A stretch of DNA of 64,000 nucleotides from an uncultured Spirochaetota bacterium (GCA_963734545.1 CAVTHO010000005.1:512001-576000); one strand, 5' to 3'. Shown: positions 37,755-49,380, counted from the stretch's first letter. Program-made: numbers and translations. Notes: generated from the sequence alone by a model not told the origin.

Positions 37755-40700
37755 AAATGGCGGAGACCGCTCTCTTCATTGCCGACACCCCGCTCAAGCC
37801 CTGCCCCGGACCCGTGGCAGGGGCATGCGTCGAGCTCGATGGCGAGCCGTTCTATCGCATCGCCAACTACAGCAGGATGCCGCCTTTCCTGATGAGCCTT
37901 GTCAGCGATTCGGACCACTGGCTCTTCATCTCCAGCAATGGCGCCCTCACCGCGGGCCGCAGGGATGCCGATCATGCCCTCTTTCCTTACTATACGGATG
38001 ACCGGATCCATGACAGCCAGGATCAGACGGGCAGCGCAACGCTCCTTCGCGTCGCGCGCGAGGGCCGGACATATCTATGGGAGCCATTCTCGCAGCGCAT
38101 GGAAGGCCTGTATCGGGGCTCCCGCAGCCTGTATAAGAGCGCATACGGCAACACGATCATATTCGAAGAGGTGAACGAGGATCTCGCGCTGGTTTTCTCC
38201 TATGCCTGGATGACGAGCGAGCGGTTCGGCTTCATACGGCGCGCCGCTGTGAAGAACCAGGGCGGCGCGCCGGCGCAGATCGAGCTCCTGGACGGGATTC
38301 AGAACATCATGCCGTACGGATTGACACGCCGATTCCAGGTGGAGTTCAGCACCCTGGCGGACGGCTACCGGGAAAGCGAGCTCGAGGCGCGCACAGGCCT
38401 GGGCCTGTTCAGGCTCAGCTCGATCCCCACGGACAAGGCAGAGCCGAGCGAGGCGCTCCGGGTGACCACGGTCTGGAGCCAGGGCCTGGAGAACCCGAAG
38501 GTACTGCTTTCTCCTTCTTCCCTGGAACGGTTCCGCAAGGGAGATGCGCTCCGCGAGGAGACGAACATCCGCGGAAGACGGGGGGCGTATCTTCTCAACG
38601 CCCGGCTCGACCTGGCGCCGGGAGACCGCAAGGAATGGCTCCTCGTCTGCGGATGTCAACCAGGATGCCGCGGACGTGAGAGCGACGCTCGGGCGGCTCG
38701 AGGCGGGAAAGAATCTTGTGGCCGAGATCAAGGAGGACGTGGCGCGGGGGACGACAAACCTGGTGCGCATTGTGGCCAGCGCGGATGGTCTTCAGCTCAC
38801 CGCGGACCAGCTGAGCACGTGGCGGCATTTCTCGAACGCCCTTTTCAATGCGATGCGCGGGGGCGTGCCGGATCGGGGCTACCTGATCTCGCGCGCTGAC
38901 TTTGTCTCATTCATCCAGAACGCGAACCGCTCGGTTTCACAGCGGCAGGCGGGATTCCTGGAGTCGCTGCCGGAGACGATTTCCCACACGGCCCTCATTG
39001 CGCAGGCCCGCGGCCGCGAGGATCCCGACCTGGAGAGGCTTGCGCGCGAGTACCTGCCGCTCACGTTCAGCCGCCGGCACGGGGACCCCAGCCGACCGTG
39101 GAACACTTTCACCATTGACCTGAAAAACGAGCACGGGGAGCGGATCCTCTCCTACCAGGGCAACTGGCGGGACATCTTTCAGAACTGGGAGGCGCTGGCG
39201 CTCTCGTTCCCCGGCTATATCGAGAGCATGATCTTCAAGTTCCTCGACGCCTCGACGGCCGACGGCTACAATCCCTACCAGATCACGAGGGACGGGTTCG
39301 ACTGGGAAACCATCAAGGCGCACGATCCCTGGTCGCACATCGGGTACTGGGGAGATCACCAGGTGATCTACCTGCTGAAGCTCCTGGAGGAGTCGGATCG
39401 GTATCATCCGGGCGCCCTGCAGGACCTCCTGGCGCGTCCCGTGTTCACCTACGCGAATGTGCCCTACCGCATCAAGCCCTATGAGGCGCTCCTCAAGAAC
39501 CCGCGCCGCACGATAGACCTCGACGGCGCGCTTCAGAGCCAGATCCAGAAGCGCGTCGCGGCAATCGGCGCCGACGGGAAGCTCCTGCTGGATCGCGCCG
39601 GCGTCCCCTGCCGGGCGAGCTTGACGGAGAAACTGCTCGTCCTGGTGCTCTCCAAGCTCTCGAACTACATCCCCGAAGCCGGCATCTGGATGAATACGCA
39701 GCGGCCGGAGTGGAACGATGCCAATAACGCGCTCGTCGGCTACGGCGTATCCATGGTCACCCTTTGCTACCTGCGCCGCTTCCTGGCCTTCTCTCGGAAT
39801 CTCTTTGACCGGGTCCACGACAAGGAGCTCGAGATTTCGGCCGAGGTAGCTGCCCTGTTCCATCGGATCGCTGCTGCCCTCCGGGAGCACGCCCCCCTGC
39901 TTGACGGGCGCCCCGCCGCGCCGGGCGGGATTCGCGCTCTCTGATCAGGACCGCAAGTCCGTTCTTGACGCGCTCGGCTCCGCGGGGAGCGATTTCAGGC
40001 GCACGCTTTACGATCAGGGTCTCTCCGGCAGTCTCGTGAGCCTCACGGGAGAGGATATCGTGGCTTTCTGCGACCTGGCGCTGCGCCACATCGAGCATTC
40101 CATCCGCGCCAACCGCCGGGAGGACGGCCTGTATCATTCCTACAACCTCATGCGCGTGGCGGGGGCCGATCGCATCGTGATCCGGCGCCTGGATGAGATG
40201 CTCGAGGGGCAGGTGGCTGTCCTGAGCTCGGGCGCGCTGTCCGGCGCGGAATCGACGGCACTTCTCGACGCGCTGCGCGCGAGCAGTCTCTATCGCGCCG
40301 ACCAGAACAGCTACATTCTCTATCCTGACAGGCGGCCGCCCCGGTTTCTGGAGAAGAACAATATCCCGGCGGATGCGCTCAGGGACTCGAAGCTCCTGAC
40401 GGTGCTCCTGAAGTCCGGCGACCGGCGCATCGTGGTCCGTGATGTGCAGGGGGGCGGGCATTTCAACGCGGCATTCCGCAACGGGGAAGCCCTCCGCCAG
40501 GCGCTCACGGAGCTGAAAGCGGGTGAATATCGCGCCCTGGTGGAAAGAGAGGAGGCGCATCTCCTGGGGCTCTATGAGCAGGTCTTCGATCACCAGTCCT
40601 TCACCGGCCGGTCCGGCACGTTTTACAAGTACGAGGGGCTGGGCTGCATCTACTGGCACATGGTTTCCAAGCTTCTCCTTGCCGTGCAGGAGGTCCTCTG

Positions 40701-41241
40701 CCGGGCCGTGGAGGACGGCGAGAAAGCCGCCCTCGTCGACCGGCTGAAGAAGCACTATGGGGACATTCGGGAGGGCATCGGGGTGCACAAGCTGCCCGAG
40801 CTCTACGGCGCGATACCCACGGACCCGTACTCGCATACGCCCGGCTTTACCGGAGCGCAGCAGCCCGGGATGACCGGCCAGGTCAAGGAGGACCTCATCA
40901 CGCGCCTTGGTGAGCTGGGCGTCTATGTGCGGGAGGGGCGGCTGCGGTTCGTCCCCCGCCTGCTGACGAGCGCCGAGTTCCTGGAGGCCCCGCGCACTTT
41001 CCGATACTACGATGTGGAAGGAAGCGCATGCACGGTTCCGACAGCGGCGGACAGCCTGGCATTCACGCTCTGCCAGGTGCCGATGATCGTGCATCGAGCG
41101 GGACCGGCGCGGATCGAGCTCGTCATGGCGGATGGAGGGACGCTCACCGTGCCGGGGCTTGTCCTGGACGCCGCCACGAGCGCGGCTCTGTTCGAGCGGA
41201 CGGGCGTGGTGCGCCGACTGGACGCGTACTGTGACCTGTAG
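37751..41241 (+). pseudogene. GH149-like beta-1,3-glucan phosphorylase, two frameshifts (about 38650 and 39920)
   Basis: SDSDHWLFISSNGALTAGR, LFPYYTDD, TFSRRHGDPSRPWN, GNWRDIFQNWEAL, WMNTQRPEWNDANNALVG, YEGLGCIYWHMVSK, TDPYSHTP, QQPGMTGQVKE. Family assigned from recalled motifs. Confidence 0.8.
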
Positions 41242-41257
41242 GGGCCTCCTTTCGTGC

Positions 41258-41317
41258 GTACGGGAGTGCGCGAGTACGCGCTCGGCCCGAAGGCCGTACC
41301 CGTTCGGCGAGTACGCC
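41258..41317 (+). mobile_element. 30-nt element E2 with copy E3 (41266-41295) nested in its first loop
   Basis: GTACGGGA[GTGCGCGAGTACGCGCTCGGCCCGAAGGCC]GTACCCGTTCGGCGAGTACGCC. Confidence 0.75.
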
Positions 41318-41332
41318 GTCCAGCTCCCCGGA

Positions 41333-41362
41333 ATACGAGGGTACTCGTTCGGCGAATACGCC
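41333..41362 (+). mobile_element. 30-nt element E4
   Basis: ATACGAGGGTACTCGTTCGGCGAATACGCC; removing it restores a hairpin like that at 5260-5277. Confidence 0.75.
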
Positions 41363-41429
41363 GTACCGCGGAAGGGCTGCGGCTTGCAATCGTTCCACGG
41401 TCCGTTTGATACTTGCGGGTGAAAGCGCC

Positions 41430-42602
41430 ATGGCGAATAAGATAAATGAAATCAACACCTCACGCGTCCTGCAGAAGCTCTGGTTCAACAAAGGGATAAG
41501 CAGGGTCGACATCGCGCGTGAGCTCGGGCTTGGAAAATCAACGGTGACAAAGATCGTGGCCAAGCTTCTGGAGCGCAACCTCGTGAAGCGCGTGACCAGG
41601 GGACGCTCGGGGCCCAGCGGAGGGCGCCGGCCGACCCACCTCATGATCAACAGCCAGTATGGATACATTCTCGGCCTGGAAATACAGCCGGATTTCTACA
41701 CCGCCGTGGCCACGGATCTGCTCGGGGAGGTGATCTTTTCCCATTCGGAGCGATTGGCGTTCGGTCCAAGCATCGTCGACACCTGTCTCGGCGTGGTGAG
41801 CGCCCTGGAAGAGAGGACACGGAATATCCGGCTCCCTTTGATCGGCATTGGCGTCGGAATGCCCGGAATCATCGACCCGCACAAGGGCATCATCCTCCAG
41901 TCCAATCCGCTGAGCATCAGCCGGCCGGTGGATTTCTACCGGGAGATCGCGCCCCACCACACCGTTCCCGTCCTCATAGAAAATGACGCGAAATGCTGCT
42001 GCTGGGGAGAGCTCGCCTTCAAGAAAACCGAACGACACGCGAATTTCACGTTCGTGCTCGGCGAGTTCAGAAAGGGCAGGACGGCAAACTCGGACTATTG
42101 GGGCATCGCCATCGGCTTCGGTTTCGTCCTGAATGGAAAGGTCCACTACGGGGAAGGCTTTTCCGCCGGCGAGTTCCAGAGCATCCTGTGGGAGCCTCCC
42201 AACCAGGGCCAGTTTTCCCTGAGCGACGAAGAATCGAAGCGGATCAAGGAAGACGCGAAAATACTGGACCGGGTCCTCCGGGAGCTTTCCGCGCACATCG
42301 CGTTTCACGTCAACGCGTTGAACCTGACCAGCGTGGTGATCGGGGGCGAGATCGCCACCTACAAGGATGCTCTTACGGAGATGCTCCAGGCCGAGATCCA
42401 GAAGAACTGGTCATACGAGAACAAGGTCGACTGCTCGATCGAGTTCGCGACCCTGGGCGACAGGGCTGTCGCATACGGCGCGGCGGGGATGTTTCTCGAG
42501 CGTTTCTTCTCCATCCCCGACGTAGTGGAAAGCGCCGAGCTCCGGACGTCGAACAAGATCGGAGTCTTGTATGGACCCCGGCAATCCGCTAACGTGAGAT
42601 AA
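41430..42602 (+). CDS. ROK-family transcriptional repressor
   Basis: ISRVDIARELGLGKSTV HTH, GGRRP, GIGVGMPG, IENDA, SAGEF. Confidence 0.93.
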   Translation: MANKINEINTSRVLQKLWFNKGISRVDIARELGLGKSTVTKIVAKLLERNLVKRVTRGRSGPSGGRRPTHLMINSQYGYILGLEIQPDFYTAVATDLLGEVIFSHSERLAFGPSIVDTCLGVVSALEERTRNIRLPLIGIGVGMPGIIDPHKGIILQSNPLSISRPVDFYREIAPHHTVPVLIENDAKCCCWGELAFKKTERHANFTFVLGEFRKGRTANSDYWGIAIGFGFVLNGKVHYGEGFSAGEFQSILWEPPNQGQFSLSDEESKRIKEDAKILDRVLRELSAHIAFHVNALNLTSVVIGGEIATYKDALTEMLQAEIQKNWSYENKVDCSIEFATLGDRAVAYGAAGMFLERFFSIPDVVESAELRTSNKIGVLYGPRQSANVR

Positions 42603-42603
42603 C

Positions 42604-43242
42604 ATGGACAGGAACGGCCGTGAGTCCCCGGCCTACTACGCCACGCTCGGCGTGACAATCGCACTTTCGATCCTCGCGATCGTGACCCTGCTTCCCAGCC
42701 CCGCCGCCTCCAAGCCGAACGTCCTCGGCTACAAGTCCGTCTGCAGCTTCGCTCCGGCGGCGAGCGCGCTCTGCGGCCTGCTGGCGGGAGTGACCTGCAC
42801 CATCCGGAATCGCCGCCTGTCGAGGAATGCTTCGAGCGCCCGCTACAGGCCGCTCATTCTGCCCATCGGCCTGGGGATACTGCTCGTCATCATTGCGGTT
42901 GTGTTCGGCGCAAGATTCGGCGCTGCGCAGTCGCGGTTCGAATCGGTGATCATGAAGACGGAAATCGAGGCCGCGCCGCTCACTTCACTACCGGACGGCA
43001 CACGCAGCGCGACCTTCAGCGAAGGGGATGTATCCGCAACCGTCGAGCTCACATCGTTGAACGGCCGCATCAGCACGCTTCGCCTGAAAGCCGGGAAGAA
43101 CGTGGATGAAGAGCTCGCGGCGAGGATCTTCGACGAAGTCATGGCGGCGGGGTCCGTGGCCGTGGACGCGGTGAGCGGAGCAACCGCGTCCAGCAATGTG
43201 CTCTTGAAGGCCATCGAGGCAGCCGCGCGGCCTTCGCAATAA
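42604..43242 (+). CDS. Membrane protein with a C-terminal FMN-binding domain
   Basis: Three hydrophobic segments, SKPNVLGYKSVCSFAP, and the VDAVSGATASS flavinylation motif. Confidence 0.8.
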   Translation: MDRNGRESPAYYATLGVTIALSILAIVTLLPSPAASKPNVLGYKSVCSFAPAASALCGLLAGVTCTIRNRRLSRNASSARYRPLILPIGLGILLVIIAVVFGARFGAAQSRFESVIMKTEIEAAPLTSLPDGTRSATFSEGDVSATVELTSLNGRISTLRLKAGKNVDEELAARIFDEVMAAGSVAVDAVSGATASSNVLLKAIEAAARPSQ

Positions 43243-43250
43243 GGAACTTC

Positions 43251-43442
43251 GGGCCTCCTTTCGTCCATACGGGAGTACCCGTTCGGCGCGAACGCCGTCC
43301 ATGGACTGGGCGCCGACGGCGGACGAAGTCCGCTCGGCGACCAGAGCGGTACTCCGCACTCGTCGGCCCTCGCGGCTCTCGGCGTCTGCTCCGCAGCCGC
43401 CTGCCGCCCTCCGCACGCGTTCCGCGTGCGACGCATCCATGG
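43251..43442 (+). repeat. Composite palindromic repeat between convergent genes, containing element E5
   Basis: GGGCCTCCTTTCGTCC, then E5, then GTCCATGGAC and further hairpins (GCGGAC-GAA-GTCCGC; GCGG-AGTA-CCGC on the minus strand). Confidence 0.8.
43267..43296 (+). mobile_element. 30-nt element E5
   Basis: ATACGGGAGTACCCGTTCGGCGCGAACGCC; the joined flanks match 62513-62532 (minus strand) exactly over 20 nt. Confidence 0.78.
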
Positions 43443-43892
43443 CTATGGCAGCTGACCGAATACCTTCGCAAACCAGCGGTGCACGCCATGAAGGGGGCCG
43501 ACCGGCTCGGCGAACATCAGGATGCACTTGCCGGAGACCACCTGCATGCCCTTCTCCAGGCAGAACGAAATTGCGGTCGGGCTCTCCGAGCCCTGCTGCA
43601 GCCAGACGCGCGTGATGCCGCGCGCGGAAGCGTCCCGCACCACTTTCTCCGACTCCGCCGGTGGGGTGAAGACCAGGACGCCTCCCACCTTCTCGGGAAG
43701 CGCGGTCATGCTGGGGTAGCATTGCTCTCCGGCGATCGTCTCCGCATGAGGATTGACCGGCAGCACGCGGTATCCTCTGGCCTTGAGCTCCCGGTTCACG
43801 GTTGCGCTGAACGCCTTGTCGTCCCGCGAAAGTCCTGCCAGGGCGAGCGTCTTCTGCGACAGGAATTCCTGTACGTCCTGTTTCGTATTCAC
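43443..43892 (-). CDS. CoA-binding protein (YccU-like)
   Basis: LAGLSRD, RVLPVNP, VWLQQG, CILM; RBS AAGGAG before GTG 43892. Confidence 0.88.
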   Translation of the reverse strand: MNTKQDVQEFLSQKTLALAGLSRDDKAFSATVNRELKARGYRVLPVNPHAETIAGEQCYPSMTALPEKVGGVLVFTPPAESEKVVRDASARGITRVWLQQGSESPTAISFCLEKGMQVVSGKCILMFAEPVGPLHGVHRWFAKVFGQLP

Positions 43893-43997
43893 GTGATGCT
43901 CCTTTTTCTCCTTATTCAACACCGATCGACGTCCCGCTGCCACACATTTCTCATTCCCTATGCGCGCCCCGTCATTTTCCGATATGATCGCCCAAGG

Positions 43998-45769
43998 GTG
44001 AAGCTTCGCGCGAGACTCCTATTCATCACGCTCTCCGCGCTCCTCGTGCCGGTGCTCGTCGCCATTGCGGTCGCGGCGGCAGTGGTGGTGGAAAGCAGCG
44101 GGCGGTCGCAGGAGACGCGCTTCCGCTCCGCCCTGTATCTCATCCAGAAGGACATCACCGACACCGAGCAGCGCTATCGGACGATCATCGCCCGGCTGGC
44201 CCTTTCCCGGACCCTCCAGGGGAAGCTCTACGTCTACAACAAGTACTGGGGCTACTTCAGCAAGGATACACTGGACGGAGACATCGCGGTGCTTCGCGAC
44301 GAGCTGGAGAATCACCTTCTCAACGACTCCATCGATACGATTGCCGTCTACCGGATGGAGGGTGACCGCTACTCGTCCGTTGTCGTGGTGGGAAACTCGA
44401 CCTACATCCGCGACAGTGTCCCGCGTGAAACGCCGTCGCGCCTGGCAGGCCAGCCCGAGTACGCACAGACCTCGGACGGGATCTACGCCACCTTTTACAT
44501 GCCTGTCTTTCGGGACGGCGCGGAAATCGGGCTGATCACGCTGCAGAAGGCGTTCAACAGGGGCTACCTGGAGACCCTTTCGCTCCGCTCGAACATCGGG
44601 ATTGCCCTGTACGCGCAGGGACTGTATCGCTACTCCTCGCTGCCCGGGATCGATGCCGCGGGACTCCTGTGGACGCGCGCGCATCCCATGACGGGCAGCC
44701 CCTTTTCCGGCACGTATCAATTCCAGGGAAGGGTGTACAAGTACGTGGGTTCCTACTTCGAGATGGGGCCCTCCGCCAAGGGATTTCTCTTCGTCGGCGG
44801 CCCCTCGTCGATCACGCAGGCGGTGTGGTGGCAGAGCTTCCTGGGACTCTCCATCATTCCCCTGATCTGCGTCGCCGTGGCCATTGTGCTGTTCCTGCTC
44901 TGGGGAAGCCGGGTGATCTCCGCCATCAGGATCCTCCTTGCGGCATCCATCACCGTCGGCCGGGGCGACTACCGGCTGCGGCTGCCCGTGGAGCGCCGCG
45001 ACGAGTTCGGGGAGCTGTACCGGGGTTTCTCGCGCATGGCCGAGCAGCTCGAGGAAAACCTCGCCCGGCTGGAGGAGAGCAAGCGCATGCTCGTCACCAG
45101 CGAGAAGATGGCGGCGCTGGGGAGGTTTTCCGCCGGGGTCGCGCACGAGATCAACAACCCGCTCGGCATCGTGCTCAACCACGTGCAGCTCCTGCGCTCG
45201 GGGAGACTGGAGGAGCGGGAGAGGGAAGAGTTCCTCGCGCGCATGGAGACGGAAATCAAGCGCGTGAATCGGCTGCTGCGGAGCCTCCTGCAGCATGCAA
45301 CCGACGAGGAGCTCTCCTTCAGCGATCTTCCCCTCGAGCCCCTGGTCTCCGAGGTGGTGCAGCTCTTTACCCCGAAGCTTCGCGTGAAAGGCGTGCGCGT
45401 GGAGGTGACGCCGTTCCCCGCCAGCGCTGTCGTGGAAGGCGACGCGGACGCCATCAAGCAGGTCTTCTTCAATCTTCTGTACAATGCCATCCAGGCCATT
45501 CACCACGACCGGGGTCTCGTGCGCATCGACGCAGAGGAGGCCGCGGCGGGCTTCTGCGTGCGCGTGGCGGACAATGGCGAGGGAATGGATGAGACCACGC
45601 GCGCCTCGATCTTCCAGCCTTTCGTGACGCGCAAGCAGGGCTATGGCACCGGGCTGGGTCTCGCGCTCAGCCAGACCATCATGAAGCAGCATGGCGGCTC
45701 CATCGACGCCTCGGGGGAGCCCGATGTCGGCACGACGGTCACGCTCTGGTTTCCCAGGAAGGAGGAGGC

Positions 45770-45773
<4 letters not shown>
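43998..45773 (+). CDS. Sensor histidine kinase (periplasmic domain, HAMP, HisKA, HATPase)
   Basis: SEKMAALGRFSAGVAHEINNPL, NLLYNAIQA, DNGEGM, GTGLGL. Confidence 0.93.
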
Positions 45774-47080
<1,307 letters not shown>

Positions 47081-47222
47081 CGTACACACGATTTCCCACT
47101 CTTACCCAATTCGAGAAAAGCGGTCCTTGTCGTCGGCACGGCAGATCCGGACGAGGGCATGGCAGAGCCCCTATCTTTTCGCAGGCCAAGCAATTATCAC
47201 CCTCACTCCCTTGTGCCTGATG

Positions 47223-47239
47223 TTGGCTCGATTCATGCA
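47223..47239 (+). promoter_or_regulatory. Sigma54 (-24/-12) promoter
   Basis: TTGGCTCGATTCATGCA has GG-N10-GC spacing and lies directly downstream of the enhancer-binding-protein gene. Confidence 0.65.
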
Positions 47240-47259
47240 TGACAGAGCGTGAAAGTGCA

Positions 47260-48270
47260 ATGCGAAATCCGCTGAAAGTCTGCGCGTCAGTCGTGATGAC
47301 TCTCCTCGTCGGCGGCGCGCCTCTCTTCTGCCGGGCAGTCCCGGAACCCGCGGATGCGACGTATCCTGGTTCTTCCCCGCCGGCCGCTCATCGACAACTC
47401 TCCTTCGTCATGGTGCCCAAGGGCATCCATCCCTATTTCGAGCCCGTCTATCGGGGCTTTCAGGAAGCCGCCGCCCGGTACGGGGTCGTTGCCGAGGTGA
47501 ATGCGCCGCCGCGATTCGATGTCGCTCTCCAGGTGAAGGTCATCGAAGACCTGATCGCGCGCGGGGTGAGCGGCATCGCGATCTCCGCCAACGACGACGA
47601 GGGGCTGGTCTCGGTGATCCACGAGGCCGTTCAGGCGGGCATCAAGGTGATCACCTTCGACGCCCCGGCGCCCTCCACCGAAGCGCTCACGTACATCGGC
47701 ACGGACAATGAGGCTGCCGGGTACGCTGCGGGGAAGCGGATGGCGAGCGCCATGGAAGGCAGGGGCTCGATTGCCATCCTCCAGGGCGGTCTGGACGCCA
47801 CGAACCTCAATCTGCGGACCCAGGGTTTCAAACGCGCGCTGGCAGAAGTGTCTCCCCGGATCACCGTGGTGTCCGTGGTGGATGAAGGGGGCGATTTCGC
47901 CGAGTCCGTGAACAGGACGGAAGAGCTCCTGGCCGAACATCCCGCTCTCTCCGCCATCTTCAGCGTCTCGGCGGAGGGTGCGCCAGCCGCTGCCGCGGTC
48001 GTGAAACGACAGGGAAAGGCGGGCCGGGTCCTGGTGGCGGGCTTCGACGATCTGGGCGACACGCTCCAGGGCATAAGGGACGGTTCGGTCGTCTTCTGCG
48101 TGGTGCAGAACACGTACAAGATGGGGTGGCTGTCCGTAGAGCGGCTGCTGGACGCCGTGGGCGGCCGTCCGCTGCCCCGGATCATCGATACAGGGGCCGT
48201 ATTCGTCGATCGGAGAAACATCGAGACCTACAAGGCAATGATGGAGGCCGACAACTCGGGGAAGCTGTAG
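47260..48270 (+). CDS. Sugar-binding periplasmic protein (RbsB-like), first copy
   Basis: VPKGIHPYF, VITFDAP, YIGTDNEAAG, VAGFDD, VQNTYKMG. Confidence 0.9.
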   Translation: MRNPLKVCASVVMTLLVGGAPLFCRAVPEPADATYPGSSPPAAHRQLSFVMVPKGIHPYFEPVYRGFQEAAARYGVVAEVNAPPRFDVALQVKVIEDLIARGVSGIAISANDDEGLVSVIHEAVQAGIKVITFDAPAPSTEALTYIGTDNEAAGYAAGKRMASAMEGRGSIAILQGGLDATNLNLRTQGFKRALAEVSPRITVVSVVDEGGDFAESVNRTEELLAEHPALSAIFSVSAEGAPAAAAVVKRQGKAGRVLVAGFDDLGDTLQGIRDGSVVFCVVQNTYKMGWLSVERLLDAVGGRPLPRIIDTGAVFVDRRNIETYKAMMEADNSGKL

Positions 48271-48346
48271 GTGCGCGGCTCGTGATCCTGGCTTTTGGAG
48301 CGGCCCCGTTGGGGCTCGAATGATTTTTCTTAAGGAGGTCTGGCGT

Positions 48347-49330
48347 ATGAAGTCCAGAATGCTTTTGATTGCGGTCGTTCTGCTGGCCGTCGTGGTGGCA
48401 GTGGCCCCTGCGCAGACTAAGTGGGCCTCGAACGTTCGCATCGTCTTCTTCCCGGGCGGTCCCCAGGGAGGCGTGTTCGCCGTGAACGTCTACAACGGCG
48501 CCAAGCAGGCGGAGTTCGACCTGGGGTGCAAGGTCAACTACGTGTGGTCCGACTGGGATCCGCAGAAAATGATCCAGCAGTTCCGCGAAGCGGTCGCCAC
48601 GAGGCCTGACGGAATCGCGATCATGGGTCACCCGGGGGACGCTGCCTTCGACGCGCTTATTGATGACGCGCGGAGCAAGGGAATCATCGTCACCAGCCAG
48701 AATACGACGCTGGACAAGGCCGAGGCCAAGTACGCGGCCAGCGGCTTCGGGTACGTCGGGGCGGAGAACTACCCGGCAGGGCATGCCCTGGGCGTCGAGG
48801 CCATCAAGAGGTTCAAGCTGAAGAGCGGCGACCGCGCCATGGTGTGGGGCCTGCTCTCCCAGCCCGCCCGCGGTGAGCGCACCAAGGGCGTCATAGACGC
48901 CTTCAAATCGGCCGGCCTGGTCGTCGACTACATCGAGATCGATGCCGCGACCAACAAAGATCCCGTTGCCGGCGCCCCGACATTTGCCGGCTACGTTTCC
49001 TCCCATCCGACTGTCAAAGTCGTCGTGACCGATCACGGCGGCCTTACCGCAACGGCCGAAACCTATCTCAAGGCCGCGGGCAAGAAGGCCGGCCAGATCA
49101 ACATCGCCGGATTCGACCTGTCCCCCGCAACTATTGCGGCCATCAAGGGCGGCTGGACCGGCCTGGTGATCGATCAGCAGGAGTGGCTCCAGGGATACCT
49201 GCCCATCTTGCAGATCGCCCTGTCGAAGGTCTATGGTTTCTCCGGTCTGCACATCAATACCGGCGCGGGCTTTGTGGACAAGAGCAACGTGGACATCGTT
49301 GCCCCGCTGGCTGAGAAGAACATCCGCTGA
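48347..49330 (+). CDS. Sugar ABC substrate-binding protein (CUT2), second copy
   Basis: Signal peptide, PDGIAIMGHPGD, AGFDLS, IDQQEWLQGY; RBS AAGGAGG. Confidence 0.9.
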   Translation: MKSRMLLIAVVLLAVVVAVAPAQTKWASNVRIVFFPGGPQGGVFAVNVYNGAKQAEFDLGCKVNYVWSDWDPQKMIQQFREAVATRPDGIAIMGHPGDAAFDALIDDARSKGIIVTSQNTTLDKAEAKYAASGFGYVGAENYPAGHALGVEAIKRFKLKSGDRAMVWGLLSQPARGERTKGVIDAFKSAGLVVDYIEIDAATNKDPVAGAPTFAGYVSSHPTVKVVVTDHGGLTATAETYLKAAGKKAGQINIAGFDLSPATIAAIKGGWTGLVIDQQEWLQGYLPILQIALSKVYGFSGLHINTGAGFVDKSNVDIVAPLAEKNIR

Positions 49331-49347
49331 TATTCGACGCTCAATTC

Positions 49348-49380
49348 GGGCGGCGGGAGGCAGGTTGCCTTCCGCCGCCC
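49348..49380 (+). terminator. Stem-loop after the binding-protein gene
   Basis: GGGCGGCGGGAGGCA-GGT-TGCCTTCCGCCGCCC. Confidence 0.6.

Larger units (their letters stand above)
41242..41386 (+). repeat. Composite palindromic repeat holding three copies of the 30-nt element
   Basis: Starts GGGCCTCCTTTCGT (also at 43251) and ends GTACCGCGGAAGGGCT (also at 5254-5269 on the minus strand). Confidence 0.85.

Noticed and set aside
36962-38899. 645-aa ORF overlapping the permease
   Set aside because: Only the part from ATG 37751 is the GH149 N-terminus; the upstream part is an open shadow frame.
41242-41386. Possible mini CRISPR array or structured ncRNA
   Set aside because: There is no regular repeat-spacer period and no cas gene; the structure is explained by nested 30-nt insertions.
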